Shown here piece by piece: positions 63,811-64,000 of a stretch of 64,000 nucleotides of DNA. The stretch covers positions 112,158,001 through 112,222,000 of the forward strand of contig NC_043000.1 of the NCBI RefSeq assembly GCF_006345805.1. The letters are read 5' to 3'. Origin of the DNA: Octopus sinensis. Lineage: Eukaryota. Each line of letters starts with the position of its first letter. Position 1 is the first letter of the stretch. A program made the position numbers and the translations under genes. The notes below the pieces were generated by a model that saw nothing but the letters and a program-made list of their open reading frames with translations, was not told where the DNA came from and did no database searches.

Positions 63811-63812
<2 letters not shown>
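63601..63812. mobile_element. Near-perfect palindrome with two decayed type I hammerhead motifs (Penelope-like)
   Basis: Arms of about 100 bp around a 4-A loop (63712-63715); combined consensus GAUAA CUGAAGA...GAAA CUCGGAG UU|UUAUC. Confidence 0.75.
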
Positions 63813-63841
<29 letters not shown>

Positions 63842-64000
63842 GCTTTATATGGGTAAGAAGCATGGAAACTGAGTATGGCTGACATCAAACAACAACTGAG
63901 AGTGTCTAAGATAACATGCTGCAGATGATTTGGACATCTCATAGATCGAATGATTCAGATGGCGGCGGTATGGACACAGACCAAAATCTAGTGATGATGG

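Overview
AT-rich, microsatellite- and SINE-dense animal genomic DNA, most likely from an octopod cephalopod (inferred from recalled SINE family motifs, not from a search). The only host gene is a + strand oxysterol-binding-protein gene of the ORP1/ORP2 (OSBPL1/OSBPL2) type. Six GT-AG exons (8106-8181, 42833-42967, 54109-54206, 58146-58322, 61841-61919, 62567-62685) splice in frame into the N-terminal part of the ORD domain, including EQVSHHPP; the gene runs off both window ends. The introns (one is 34.6 kb) are filled with several SINE families, RTE, CR1/L2 and Tx1 LINE remnants, hAT and piggyBac-like MITEs, two Helitron-like elements and a fold-back mariner. The most striking signal is a set of minimal type I hammerhead ribozyme motifs of the Penelope/retrozyme kind. 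One lies in a 354-nt direct-repeat unit on the gene's sense strand, with a compensatory U3-A8 core and co-varying palindromic stem III. Others lie in two long palindromes (35920-36181, 63601-63812). Also notable are a Tx1 element whose ORF2 has two frame-preserving internal deletions and is flanked by (AAT)n on both sides, and a Pro-to-Cys change in the conserved KPFNP motif. Repeat boundaries are approximate; family names are from memory and need a library search.
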